From contig CP068257.2 in assembly GCA_009914755.4 (NCBI GenBank), positions 17,216,001-17,280,000 on the forward strand: a DNA stretch of 64,000 bases, written 5' to 3'. Made by a program: the position numbers and the translations under genes. How positions within the stretch are numbered: the first letter of the stretch is position 1; each line of letters begins with the position of its first letter. This DNA is from the human T2T-CHM13v2.0 reference genome, Homo sapiens. A model generated the notes under the pieces. That model saw nothing but the letters and a program-made list of their open reading frames with translations. It searched no databases and was not told the DNA's origin. This document shows positions 41,763 through 55,059 of this stretch, in pieces.

Positions 41763-44700
41763 GGATAATTATGTTTTATATTTACCTAAAGATTTGTCAT
41801 TTCTGATGCTCTTCTTTTTTTCCTGAGGGTCAAAGTTTCTATATGGTATTCATTTCCCTTAATCTCAAATAATTGCCTTTAACTTTTTTTTTGAAATGTT
41901 ATTCTTTCAGCAACAATTTTATTCATTTTCTTTGACCAAAAATATCTTTATTTTTGCCTATATTATAGACTATTTTCTTTGGATATAGATTCCTAAGTTC
42001 AGAGTTATTTTCTTTCATCAATTTAGATATGCTGTTTCATGGTCTTTTGCCCTCTGTTTTTTGTGATAAACTGGATTTCATTCACGACCTTCAAATGTAT
42101 GCTTTCAATAATTTAATTATGCTGAGGCTGGAACTGCTTTCGCTTGCAAATATCCTGCTTGGGGGGGTCACTGGGTTTACTGACTTTCTAAAATATTTGC
42201 CTTTTATTAAATCTGGGAAACTTTTGGCTATTTTTTCAAACATGTATTTTTTCTTTTCAATTCTTTCTCTAATTCTGAAATCTCAAGTTTAAAAATATAT
42301 TAACCTATTTGATCCAGAGTTTGCTGACTCTATGTTTTTCTATTTTTTCTGTTTTTTAGATCAGATGATTTATATTGACTTATCGTTTAGTTTAGTGAAT
42401 CCTTCCTCTGTCTTCTCCATTCTGCTTTATTTCAGATGCTTCATTTTTTAAATCCTGTGTTTCCTTTTGCTTCCTTTTTAAGTATGTATTAATATTTCTC
42501 TCTGGTGAAGTATCTTATCTTTTCATTGAATGTGAGTGTGTTTTTCTTTATTGATAATATGATATTAGCTGCCTTAATATCTTTGCTTGCTAATATTAAT
42601 AACGGGATCATTTTTCTTTGTGGTTCTTGCTTGATTTTGTTTCCTCTAAAGACTGGATTACGTTTCACTGATTTTTTTATATTCAATGTTGATTAACTCT
42701 AAATTTTAGCTTGAATATAGAGAACTTGCATTATGCTATATTCCTTTGAAGAATTCCATTTCTTTGTTTTAGTGGGCACTTAGCTTGGTTGGACAAAAAC
42801 CAGCAAACTCAGTGTCTTGGAAACATGTCTCAATTCAATTATTTTATCTTCAACTGGGTTGAACTGAATCTGCCTCACACATGCTTGGGTCAGTATTAGC
42901 ATATCAGACAGGTTTTTGGAGACATTTTAAAAAGAGATTTAGAAACTTGTCAACTCACAGTATCTCCTTTCTGTGAATCCCCTTATTTCCAGCTGTTGTG
43001 GTTGCTTCAAACTGTCCTCTAGCTCTTAAATCTGGCAAGAATGCAGGTTTTCTATCAGTTTTAGCCTCTAGGTACAGGAAATGACTGTGGCTCTCAGGTG
43101 AATAGTTGTAGAAACATAAAAAAAACTTTTCTTGTTAGTTCCTGCTTCAAAGTATTGACTGCCCTCCAAATTTTACTTACATTTGCTCATGATCCAGGGT
43201 CTTCAGGTGTTAACTAAAAATTGTCTAGAGTTTCTGGCTATTGTCTGAAGGAGGAATAATCTTTAGTAGGAAATTACTGACCTCTACGGTAAGCAAAATG
43301 TCAAGACAAACAGGCATAAACATAGAAAAACTGAGAATATTTCATTGCCATGATTCTTTTTTAAGTAAGTACTATAAGGACAAGATATAGCTTGGATATG
43401 ACTGGGAAAACTATGACAAAATGATTCTTATCAATACTGACAATATTTAGCTGCAAAGCTTGTTTAACTGTACATAAAATTGAATAAAATGTTGTGTGCC
43501 TTAACTTTAGTAACTTTACTTACAGTTTGATGAGGTAAGAGAAGAAATGGAGGAGGATATAGATTTAAGTTTGCTGAATGTCCAATCCCTGAGAACAGAA
43601 TTAAATGGAGTAATAAAAATACAGGTATATTTCACATTGTAAAGGTAAACATGCAAGGCCTAATATTAGTAACTAAAATTGTCAGCAGAAGAGTAGAAGG
43701 GGGGTTATAGATGAGAAAACATGTTACTGTTTTATTGCTTATAGTGATTGATACATGTAATATAAATAAATGTCAAACTGAGGAAATACACTTGTAGTGT
43801 CAAATAACTAAATAATTAATTATGTATCTATATCTATTTATTTATCAATGTCTATCTATGTATTGTAAGAGTTTTGTGTGGTATATTCATATGTATTATA
43901 ATACACAAAAAAGTAGAAGTAGTATGGAAAATATTTTCTCATTACAGTGCATGTAATTAGAAATTTATAACAAAATACAAATTTAAAACACCTTTGTCAA
44001 CAGAAATTTCAAAATGTTTTCTAAGCAATTCTGTGGTCTGAAAGGCAATATTAATTGAGATTTCAGACTTTTAGAACATATCAAAAATAAACACAGTACA
44101 TAGAGGATACAGCTTAAATTAACAAAATTTAATACTTCTATTGATAATCAAATAACAATGAAAACAAATAACAGCCTATTGAAAAAGTTAGAAAAATAAC
44201 ATCAAGATAATAAAAAAATAAGCAGAAGAGAAAACAATCAAACACACAAATCAAAGTGCTAAAAAAAGTACCCAAAAAAACAGGTTTGAAACAAACAAAC
44301 AAAACTGGGGAAGATTTGCAATTTGAACCAGAAAGATCTGCTATCTATTAAACACAGAAATCATACAGAAATTGATTAGTAAAACATTACCCAATAAATA
44401 TGGGTAAAGGTGATAAATGTACAGATCACAGAAAGGGGCACATAAATGGGGTTTAAGCCTATAAAAATATTTAGTTTACTCATAAGATAAAGAAAAATTA
44501 AGGTTCCATTAAGATACTATTTTTGTCTATCATACTAGCTCTAGTTATCAATGGAGAACATTGGAATTTAGGGAGGTATTTTTATCGGGCTTCAGATATT
44601 TAGAAGATAGGGAACATTGATGTACAGTCCCTGTAGTAAATGGCATGGATTCACAAAAAGAAAAAAAATAAGCTGGTGTCCCACAGAATTTCCAAATATC

Positions 44701-45112
44701 TTGCCAGGCATTCATGTATTAAAACGAGTTTATGATTTTATGAGCCTAGAACCTCTATTAGGTTTTATATATTTCCACAAAATGCACGGAGAATGGAATT
44801 CAAATTATATTCAGCATCTTAGTAACATAACTTTACCTTACGAATAAATAGAAGTGTTGAATTTTTTCTGCAACATTATCAAGAGCTGTCCACAATTTGC
44901 AATGTAACATCAACCATACAAACGCCACAGGAGGTATCTGAGTAACCAAAACGACTTGTCTTTGCAGGACATAAATTCTACTTTGTATACACAGCAGATG
45001 ACATAATTATAATTTCTTATATAGGCACATCTCTGTACTTACATATCAAAACACAAAGATTGTTAAAAGTTTATTTTATTTTCCTTTTTTACTCGAGTTA
45101 TAACATCGTATT

Positions 45113-45403
<291 letters not shown>

Positions 45404-48400
45404 AACACTGAATTAATTTTTTTTGAAATTACATAGACATACAAAGACAAAGTGAATTTCACTACAGCATAGTACAGAGAAGCATGACAATTACAATTTA
45501 TATATATATGTGTATGTGTACATGTGAAGCACTGTACTTAATATGATAGAGAATAACTGATACATCCAAATGACCACAAAGAAAATGTTAAATAATACAC
45601 TTATTTTGCAAGCCTCTAGGGAAACAAGCACTTTAATATATTAAAGGTGGGTGTGCAACTTGGTACAATTCTTAGGATTGAAAATATCTGTAGATGTTTG
45701 GAAATATCTGTAACATTTTCTAATGTATGTACCTTTTCATATCTGAGAACTCACTTGAAAGATGTAATTGCATGCATGAAATGACATTAGTACAAAATTA
45801 TTCATTGTAGCATTGCTTGTATTAACAAGAGATTGGGAACAACTATGTTGTCAATGCTTGGGTTCTGGTTATATACATAAATTCAAATTTACACAAAAAG
45901 ATACAGTAAAACACAATAAAATACAATGAGGAAGCCATTTCTGTTTTGATATAGAGAGGTCTCAAATATTTTATTGAGTGATATAAGCAGAATAATGTAC
46001 AGAGTTGTGTATTTTATTGAGGAAAGGAGGACAACTGAGAATATATGCTTGTATTTTACTACATATACCTTTAAAGAAATCTGGAAGAAAACAGAAATCC
46101 TAAGACACAGTGTTCTCTTGGGTGTGTTATGATGGGAGAGTTGCCGATGTTGAGAAAATGTGCTGTTTTGCACAGAAATGAGTGGCTGACTTTTCAGTGC
46201 ATGCTTTTTTATTTTAATTACTTAAGTAGTTGGATGTAAGAATAGTAAAATTAAATGAAAATTGAGGTAAAATATAATTAAGATCTCTGCATATAATTTA
46301 TGTCTTGAAACCTTTGATTATAAAGTGTTTCCTAGACCCTTTCACAGAAAAATCTCCATATAGCTATTAATAAGAGGAAAATCCATTAGCACACGAATAA
46401 CAGATTGTGAATAAAAAGCTGAACAAATACTCATCTCCATTGCTGAATTCATACTGTGCAGTGTTGCATACCTTAATCCTTGTCGCTTTATTACAATGAC
46501 AAAAAAAGTTGCACGCAAACAGTGAAATAAAATGTCAAGATATTTCTGCCTGGAAGGAGAAATCATGCAAAGATTGTCTATTTGTGTTCTTTAAGAAAAC
46601 ATCACCAGGACAGAAAAAGAAAGAAATCCAAGCTTTCTCAGTAGGACAAAGTTTGAGGAATCTGGCTTAAAAAGTCTATTCTCTCCGGCTGTCATCTCAA
46701 CAACAAAAAATACCCATTCTACACTTAAGTTGAATTTTTCTTGCTTGCTTTCAGCAAAGATAGAGTCATTTTTAATAAAAGGTTTTTATTTTAGTTTTAG
46801 CTAATTATTTGTGATGCCTTCTTCATACACTGTATCCTATTCCAGCAGAAAATCTACTTGGATTTATAGCTGAAAAAATTGTGATACACACATTACCTTT
46901 GATCATTATTTTTCATAATGATAGTCAGCACTAAAATTCCTACATTATAGAAGCTTAGAGGAACAATTCAGTCAGCAAAGGGATGAGTGTGTAGGAGATG
47001 ATTTTGAATCAGTAGTTACTTAGAAAAAAACTACTTTTACTTAGATTGTTCATTTGAGATGGCTAGAAAGAGGCAGATAAAATACATGGTGTTTACAAAG
47101 TATCGTAGTAACTCAATGAAAGTCTTTGAATGCATTAATAAAGATGGAAATATTGTAAATAAGAGTAACATGAAATTTGACAACTATCAAATGTCCGTTT
47201 GAGGTAGTGACTCATGTATAGCTGTATAATATGAACCTCCTTTACTGCATATAGCTGAAAATAAGTAGTAGGAAAAATAATTTTTTTTCATTTTTAATGG
47301 TTTATTTCTTCTTGAATATAAGGATATGTGAGCTCCATCAACAAAAATGCAGTGACTAACAGAAGACAAAGGTAGATAAATGAAATAGATTTGACTTGTC
47401 ATTTGTTTTCATAGATTCAGATTTCCTGTGTGTTCCCTTTATTTGAAAAGTTTTAGTAGTGTTGTCACACTTCTCTTAGGTTTTAAAAATTAGTTTGAAA
47501 TTTAAATAAACATAAGTCTAATGCTTTGAAGCAATAGAAATGATTATTTGGTTTGTAATTAATGCAGTTGTTTACCATTACTTTTTATAATATTTTACTT
47601 AATGTAAGGAATATGATGCTTATTAAACATGAACTATGTATCAGAGTTAGCATGTATATTATTTATTTAATCTTGAAAGGTAAATATACATTCACCCACA
47701 CAGAATGAATAGGGGAAATTGCAAATGTATTGTATGATTTGCCCATACTCTGTGAATCAAAACTCGTTCACACTCTTAAGCTTAGTGTCTATGGAATATA
47801 GTGACCTATTGTGTAAATGATGTCACCCTTTCTTTTATTGTTTTATCATTTAATGTTTTATTTACTTTTATGAGATTTTTCACGACTGGAAGAGTGCCTT
47901 AAATATATTTTTCAATTATTTTATTTAAAATAATACCTTTAATAGAGCTGTCATACTTTTAATGGTTTGTCAAATCAATCAGTAACAATCTGTCCAAAAG
48001 CATTCTGCTTGTCTATCCCAATTATTACCAGTGTGTCCAGTGAGCAGGTGAAATGTATAATCTGAGAAACTTAAATGAAAAAACAGTAATAGTTCTATTT
48101 TATTCTCAAATAAGCAAATCCAAATTACTCTTTTTGTATGTTTTCCAACTATTCAATTTGGAGTATGCAATTATATTTGTTTTACTGGCAAAGAGACAAT
48201 AGCAATGTAACACATCTCAAATAGGATATCTGATGAATTTATTGGTAAAACAAAACATTAGTTCATAAGTGTATTTGGAGGGTCGAGCTATTTCCAAAAG
48301 TCTAAACAATCAAAAAGGTAACCAGAGTACTCTTTTACTATTGCTTTCCAATGTTTCTCCAAAGAATTGGAATTATATTTATTTAGAGTTCAATCTAATA

Positions 48401-49943
48401 CCAAAAAAATTAAGAAAAAAGTTATAATAGTCTAGTTGTAGGTTAAATCATTATTTTTTAACATAATTAAACATTCAAAACTAATAAAGCATTATTTAAA
48501 TATTAGCAATCTGAATCATTTCACTGACTATTCTAGATAACTATGTAATGTGTTTGGTTTCGTGAAATGTTTATATAAATGAATAATTTATAAAAGGTAT
48601 AATTAATATAAATAACAATACAATACACACTCAAATATTCACTATCTTAAGTGTTGTATTCCCAGTATCTCAGAAACTCCTTGTAGAACACTTTTCATTT
48701 GTAGCTGCTGTTCTCATTCCATGAATGAAAGCCTGTTTATATTAGAAATTTTTGTTTAGAAATAATATTTATAGTTTAGTAATTTTGAAATTTATATTTA
48801 AATACAGTCATGTTGTGTGCAATGTTTTGTGATTTGGCTGCTTTTTCCAACATTGGTTTTGTGACGTTTCTTCAGGTTGATTTCTGTAACTACAGTTTTT
48901 TCTTTTTTTTCTGCATTTTATGTTCGGTCTACTCTTGACACTCATTTAAGGGGTGTGAACGGGTTTTTTGTTTGGTTTGTCACCTCTTTTGTTTTTAACC
49001 CCAACTATTTCTAAGAAAAGCTCCTTTGTACATAACTCCTAGATTATATACACAGGAGTTTGTTTAGAATTGGAGTTGCTGGGCTGCATATATTTAACTT
49101 TAGTGGATGAACTGGGCTAAAATAGATACCTCTCCGTATTTATTGATGTCAGAATCTTGGCTACTGGTTCAGTGGAGAACCTCAGTCATTGTCTCATCTC
49201 CAAAATCATTGTGCTCAACTTGGTAGTTGTCACTTTAGCTAGAGGTTTTGGGACTAATCCAGCCAGATCACACAAGGCCTGAAGGGCCTTTCTACTCCTC
49301 TGAAGTGCTCCACATTTTGTACAGACTGAGATGCCTTTTGATCAAGAAAAGACAGGAGACGGGGCTTAAAAGAACACATTTCTCACGCTCTGTCTCTCTT
49401 AATAGTCTTTTCTTCAGTGTAGTGGGTTCATAAAACTTCTCCAGAGAAAATTTACTTCACTGAGCAAACAGCAGTATTTCCTGGGAGGTTTCAGTGCCGC
49501 TCTACATTACTTTACTCTCTTCCTTCCTCGCTTCCCTATTTCCTTCACTCTTTATTGAGCTAAGACTTTAAGTACACCAAACTCCCTCTAAAATAAAATG
49601 CTCCACTTTCACATGAACCGGCAGTGAGCAACAGATCGATTCCTCCATTACCTCCTTCACACTCTCCATAATCTAATTTCTAGTTTTCTACCAACATCAA
49701 GGACTTAAAAATGGCACTTAATTTTAATTTCAGATTGCATTTTTCTGGGTATTACCAGTGTCGAAAGTTTATAGACTATTCCTGTCTCTTCCATGGGATC
49801 TCAGTTCATGATGCTTGCATTTCTTTCTTTCTGGTTGTTTGTCTTTTTCTTTTGTTTTTTAATTTCTATGTTTTTTTCATATTTATATAATGTAGATATT
49901 AATGTTTCATCAGTTATTTGATTAATATAGCTCATCCTGATTT

Positions 49944-50310
49944 ACTATTTGTACAGTCAGCCCTTTAAATCCCTGGGTTCTGCATCCATGAATTCAATCA
50001 ATTGCAGATTCAAAATATTCAAATAAAATTTTGCAAAATTTCAGAAAGTAAAACTGGAATTTGTCAGACACTGAGTCCTGTGCTGAGCTCATGTAAATGA
50101 AATGATATGTAGGCATTGTATTATTTATTACAAGTTGACCTAGGGATGATTTAAAGTATACGGGAGAATGTGTAGTAGGCTACATGTAAGTACTATTGCC
50201 ATTTCATATAAGGGACTTGAGCACCCACGGATTGTGGTGTCTGCAGGGGGAGAGGGAGAGTGGGCCCTGGAAAAAAGAAATCTCCCATAGATATAGAGGG
50301 GGGATGACTG
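49944..50310 (-). mobile_element. MER2 (Tigger-type non-autonomous Tc1/mariner DNA transposon), flanked by TA/TA
   Basis: The termini cagtcagccctttaaatccctgggttctgcatccatgaattcaatcaattgcagattcaaaatattc... and ...gggacttgagcacccacggattgtggtgtctgcagggggagagg...ggggggatgactg match the MER2 consensus termini (cagtcgtccctcggtatccgcggg...cccgcggataccgagggacgactg) as I recall them. TA dinucleotides sit on both sides (49942-43 and 50311-12). Confidence 0.65.
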
Positions 50311-51992
50311 TATTTTTACTTTTTATGACATATGCTAAAACAGAAATTTGTAACTTTAATGTTGATAGATTTATCAATGTATTTCTTTATATTTTATATG
50401 CTTGTTTCTTTTGAGAAATCACCTGCCGTTTCAAAATTGTGGATTACTTCTTATTGTCCTCTAAAGTTTTATAATGTACCTTTCACATGTAAGTATTTAG
50501 TCCAACTGGAGTTGATTTTCTGCTTGTGGCTTAAGGTGGAGCTAGAAGCCTTGCATCCTTTATTATAAAGTTGATATTATACCCACCTATTGTCAATGTC
50601 CACTCTGATATAAATCAAGTTAAGATTATGTTTATTTATTCTATATTCCATACAGCAGCCTGATGTTCTAATTTTGTTCCCAAACTCCACTGTCTTATTT
50701 AATAATGCTATATATAAAACGAGGTGTAATATCTTTTAAGTACAGTCCTACCACATCATTTTTCTTTCTCTATTTTACTGCCTGGAGGTTCAGAAGCCTT
50801 CTTGAAATGATGAACATAGCTGAAGAGAGTGTGACCCTAATGTCAGTGAGCTGCTGAGTGACTGTCACCATATGCTTATCTCAAGATTTCTCAGTAAACC
50901 ATGAGAAAAGGAATTCTGTTTTAAAGCCAGTGTTATTTGAAACGTCTGTTACATGCTGCCAAATGTATCCTTAATTGACAAAACCATTCTGGGAGAATAA
51001 TTTCTAGATTCTGAAAGGTGCTTTTTACTCAGGGCTAATGCCCAGCCACAACACACATTTCAACTAGTGACTTAAACCTAGTGGACATTAAAAGTTTCAG
51101 AGTCAATGTCCCCTGTGGTTTGTTGAACTTTTTCATTGTCACTCACATTTTCTCTATTGCACAGTTTTCTACAGAATCACTCAAGATCTAGATGTTCCAT
51201 ATTCTTCCTAAGTACTTTTTCCATATCGAGCCTCTCCTGAGAAAATCTCAGAGAATAAATCTATGAAATGGCAGTTTGCCATGTTAATTTCAAAAACAAA
51301 AAATGTCTCCAAAGATTTTGTGATACTTTAAGCAAAAAAATCACAGATTTGAGATTTAAAAATAGATAAAAAATATGCCTTATAGAGAATAATGAACAGA
51401 TCTTACACTTATAAAAGATGTATTTGGGTAGTTAGGACATATCGAAGGGTGTCCAGAACAATGATGAGTAGCTGTATAATCTCACTTAAATTAGTCACAT
51501 AATTTCCTGGGAGTCCAGGATAGCTTCTTCCTAAATGAGAAAGTTTTACTCAGGTCTCGGTGGTTCTTATTTCTTTCATTGTCCAGTTGATACTGTTACA
51601 TTCTTTGAAAATGAATGTCACAGATTGTTTGTTTCGGCACAAATGCTGACCTACCACTTTCCTGCACCTTGTATTGTACCACTCTGTAGCAAACATTTGG
51701 CCAGTATTATAAATTATAGAGCCAGAAAGTAGAATAGTGGTTGCCAGAGGCTGAACTGGGGGCAGTGGGAATGCAGGATTATTATTTAGCCAGTGTAGAA
51801 TTTGAGTTTTACAATATAAAGAGTTCTGGAGGTGGATGATGGTTGTACAACTTTATAAATTTATTTAATGCCATCAACTATACACTTAACATGGTGAAGA
51901 TTGTAAATTTTATGATATGTGTATTTTATTGCAATAAAAAAGGGGCAACAAGAATTAACTGGTCTTTCTTAATGTTCCCAAGACTGTCATCA

Positions 51993-52338
<346 letters not shown>

Positions 52339-53642
52339 TCATACCTTGAGTGCAAGCCCACTGCATATAGGAGCTAACTTGAAATGTCATGTTCAAAAGT
52401 AGTTTATAAAACACTTAGAGATACTAGTTATCTTTCCCTTAAAATAGCAAGCTGGGGCACAGGCCAGCACAAACTGTTTTGTCTTTTAAGGGCCTCCATT
52501 AGAAGAAACTAAACACACATGTTCTTCAAAATAGTTAATTCTCTAAAAGTATCAGTCAGGAAACACCTATAATATGCGCAGTGTCTTCTCCTATGCATGG
52601 TTTAGGTTGCAATTTTCCCTCTAACCCAGGTTTCTCATTTATTCCATTACTAATTTTTCCTATATTTTCTAAGAAATTCTGGTTTGCTAATGGCTCCTTT
52701 TCTAGAAATTAACACTGTGGTAGATCTATTTTTGTTTATATCATTGCTATCATTTTAATGTGAGATTATGAGAAAAGAGTGACATTTCAAAAAAAAAGGA
52801 ACAAAAAGTATAGAAACATTAATGTACAGTTTAAAACACTGGGATAGTAAACGATGACCATTAACTTATTTGTCTTTGTAAAAATAAAAGAAAAAAAGTA
52901 CTAGAATTGTAAACACAGTAGTGGGGAAGTAAAATGTGTTTGGAAAGAAAGAGGAAAAAATTCAGTGCCTTATTGAAATAGAGAAAATTTTATATTTATT
53001 TGAAGAGTGCTCTCTCTCTCTCACTCATATAGTAGGTAGGAATAAAATAAATACTTAAGGTTACTTATATATTGAGGAAAATATTATGAGAGTTAATGAG
53101 CTATTTAATGACAGATTGTCACAATCTTTTCTCAATAAACTAGGAAATGACCTCAGCTTAATGAGAGTGAAGATTTTGGCATGAGAAGAAATGAGAGTTT
53201 AAGCAGGACAATGAGAGACTAATCAAAATATCAATGACCCACAACAAAAATCAAATTTAAATTGGAGATCATGAATCTGTAATTTATAAAGTTTTTATGT
53301 CTCTTCCTATTTTTCCAACAATGTTTTGTTCCTCTGGAGAGAGAGGCGATGAGAAGAGAGAGAATGCGGCTAGTGAGATATAAGTTAATTAATTCATTCC
53401 ACATTTTATTTCATTCAACAATTATTTAATACTTACGATAAGCTAGGCATGTTTAAACCAAAGCAAATGAGAAGCATTCTCTGTCAGCAATGAATTTTCA
53501 GTCTATCAGGCAACGGTTATTTAAAGAGGGTGATAGTATATTTTGTCAAATGTTTTTAAATAGTTATTTAAATGCAGGATTAAATTATTGATTAATTTGT
53601 AGAGAAAATACATTTTTGTTTTTAAAAATGTGTATCAAGCTG

Positions 53643-53990
53643 TGATATGGTTTGGCTCTGTGTCCCCACCCAAATCTCATCTCCAATTGTAATCCCCATA
53701 TGTCAAGGGAAGGATCTGGTGGGAGGTAATTGAATCATGGGGGCAGATTTCCCCCTTGCTGTTCTCCTGATAATGATTGCTCACAAAATCTGGTTGTTTG
53801 ATAAGTGTCTGGCACTTCCCCATGCTCACTCTCTCTCACCTGCCGCCATGTGAGACCTGAATTGCTTCCCATTCACCTTCCACCATGATTGTATAACTGT
53901 AAGTCAATTAAATCTCCTTTCTTTATAAATTACCAAGTCTCAGGTAGTGTCTTTATAGCAGTGTAAAAGCAGGCTCTAGTGAAATAATTT
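53643..53990 (+). mobile_element. ERVL-MaLR LTR (THE1/MST type), sense orientation
   Basis: tgatatggtttggctctgtgtccccacccaaatctcatctccaattgtaatccccatatgtcaagggaaggatctggtgggaggtaattgaatcatggggg...ctgtaagtcaattaaatctcctttctttataaattaccaagtctcaggtagtgtctttatagcagtg. Confidence 0.8.
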
Positions 53991-54424
53991 GAGCATTTTC
54001 AATTGTCAATGGTAATGTTATTTCATTGGAGTTTTCACAAATCAGTAGGAAAAATAAACTGCCCAAGATACATGGATTGAGTATCATGTTCGTAATTTCC
54101 ATGCAATGGACACAGGCCAGTCCCTGTGCAGATCTCTGAGAATTATGTTTTTATAGAGAAATGTTCTAAAGAAAATATATCTGGTACAATGTTTAAAAAT
54201 AATCTCTAAAAGATCATTTTCTAGATGAAAATAAGTTGAAATATATAAATTACTTCAGTTCAATGCTTTTATTGCCTTTCCTCTGATGAGGAGATGTAAC
54301 ACATTAAGAAAAAAAATCTTATGTGGTTTTCGTCCCAGGTTCCTGACACAGAGCTGCTAAAATTCTTGAGGTTTCCTGAGTAATGAGGGTGACAGGAACA
54401 CCTTACACAGAGCTCCTAAATCCC

Positions 54425-54527
54425 CTTGATGTGGTTTGGATCTGTGTCCCCACCGGAATCTCATGTTGAATTGTAATCTCCAACATTGGAAGTGGGATCT
54501 GGGGAAGGTGATTGGATCATAGAGGCA
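54425..54527 (+). mobile_element. Second MaLR LTR 5' fragment (same family and orientation), truncated by an Alu fragment
   Basis: gatgtggtttggatctgtgtccccaccggaatctcatgttgaattgtaatctccaacattggaagtgggatctggggaaggtgattggatcatagagg. Confidence 0.7.
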
Positions 54528-54657
54528 AATTAGCTGGGTGTGGTGGCGGGTGCCTGTAGTCCCAGCTACTTGGGAGGCTGAGGCAGGAGAATGGCATGAA
54601 CCCAGGAGGCAGAGCTTGCAGTGAGCTGAGATCCGCCACTGCACTCCAGCCTGGGCA
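54528..54657 (+). mobile_element. Alu right-arm fragment
   Basis: caaattagctgggtgtggtggcgggtgcctgtagtcccagctacttgggaggctgaggcaggagaatggcatgaacccaggaggcagagcttgcagtgagctgagatccgccactgcactccagcctgggc. Confidence 0.85.
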
Positions 54658-55059
54658 TTACTTTTAATGAAGGTGATTTTCTCTGGTGGTATGTTTTAAT
54701 TTCGTGGTTTTTATTTTTTGTGTATCTGTTGCATGTTTTTGGATTTGAGGTTACCATGAAGCTTGCAAATACCTGACATTGTTGATGATAACGCTGTTTG
54801 CATAAACAAACTAACAATCAAGCAAAGAGAAAACATTAAAAACTCTATACTTTTTATCTTTTGGTGTTTCTACTTTTATTGTACTGTCTATGTTTTGAAA
54901 AATTGCTGTAATTATTGTTTTTCATTAGTTCATCTTTTAGTCTTTCTACTCAAGATATGAGTAGTTTACATACTACAATTACTATTTTATAACATTCTGT
55001 GTTTTTCTGTGTTCTCACTATTACCTGTGAGTTTTCTATCTTCAAACAATTTCTCATTG

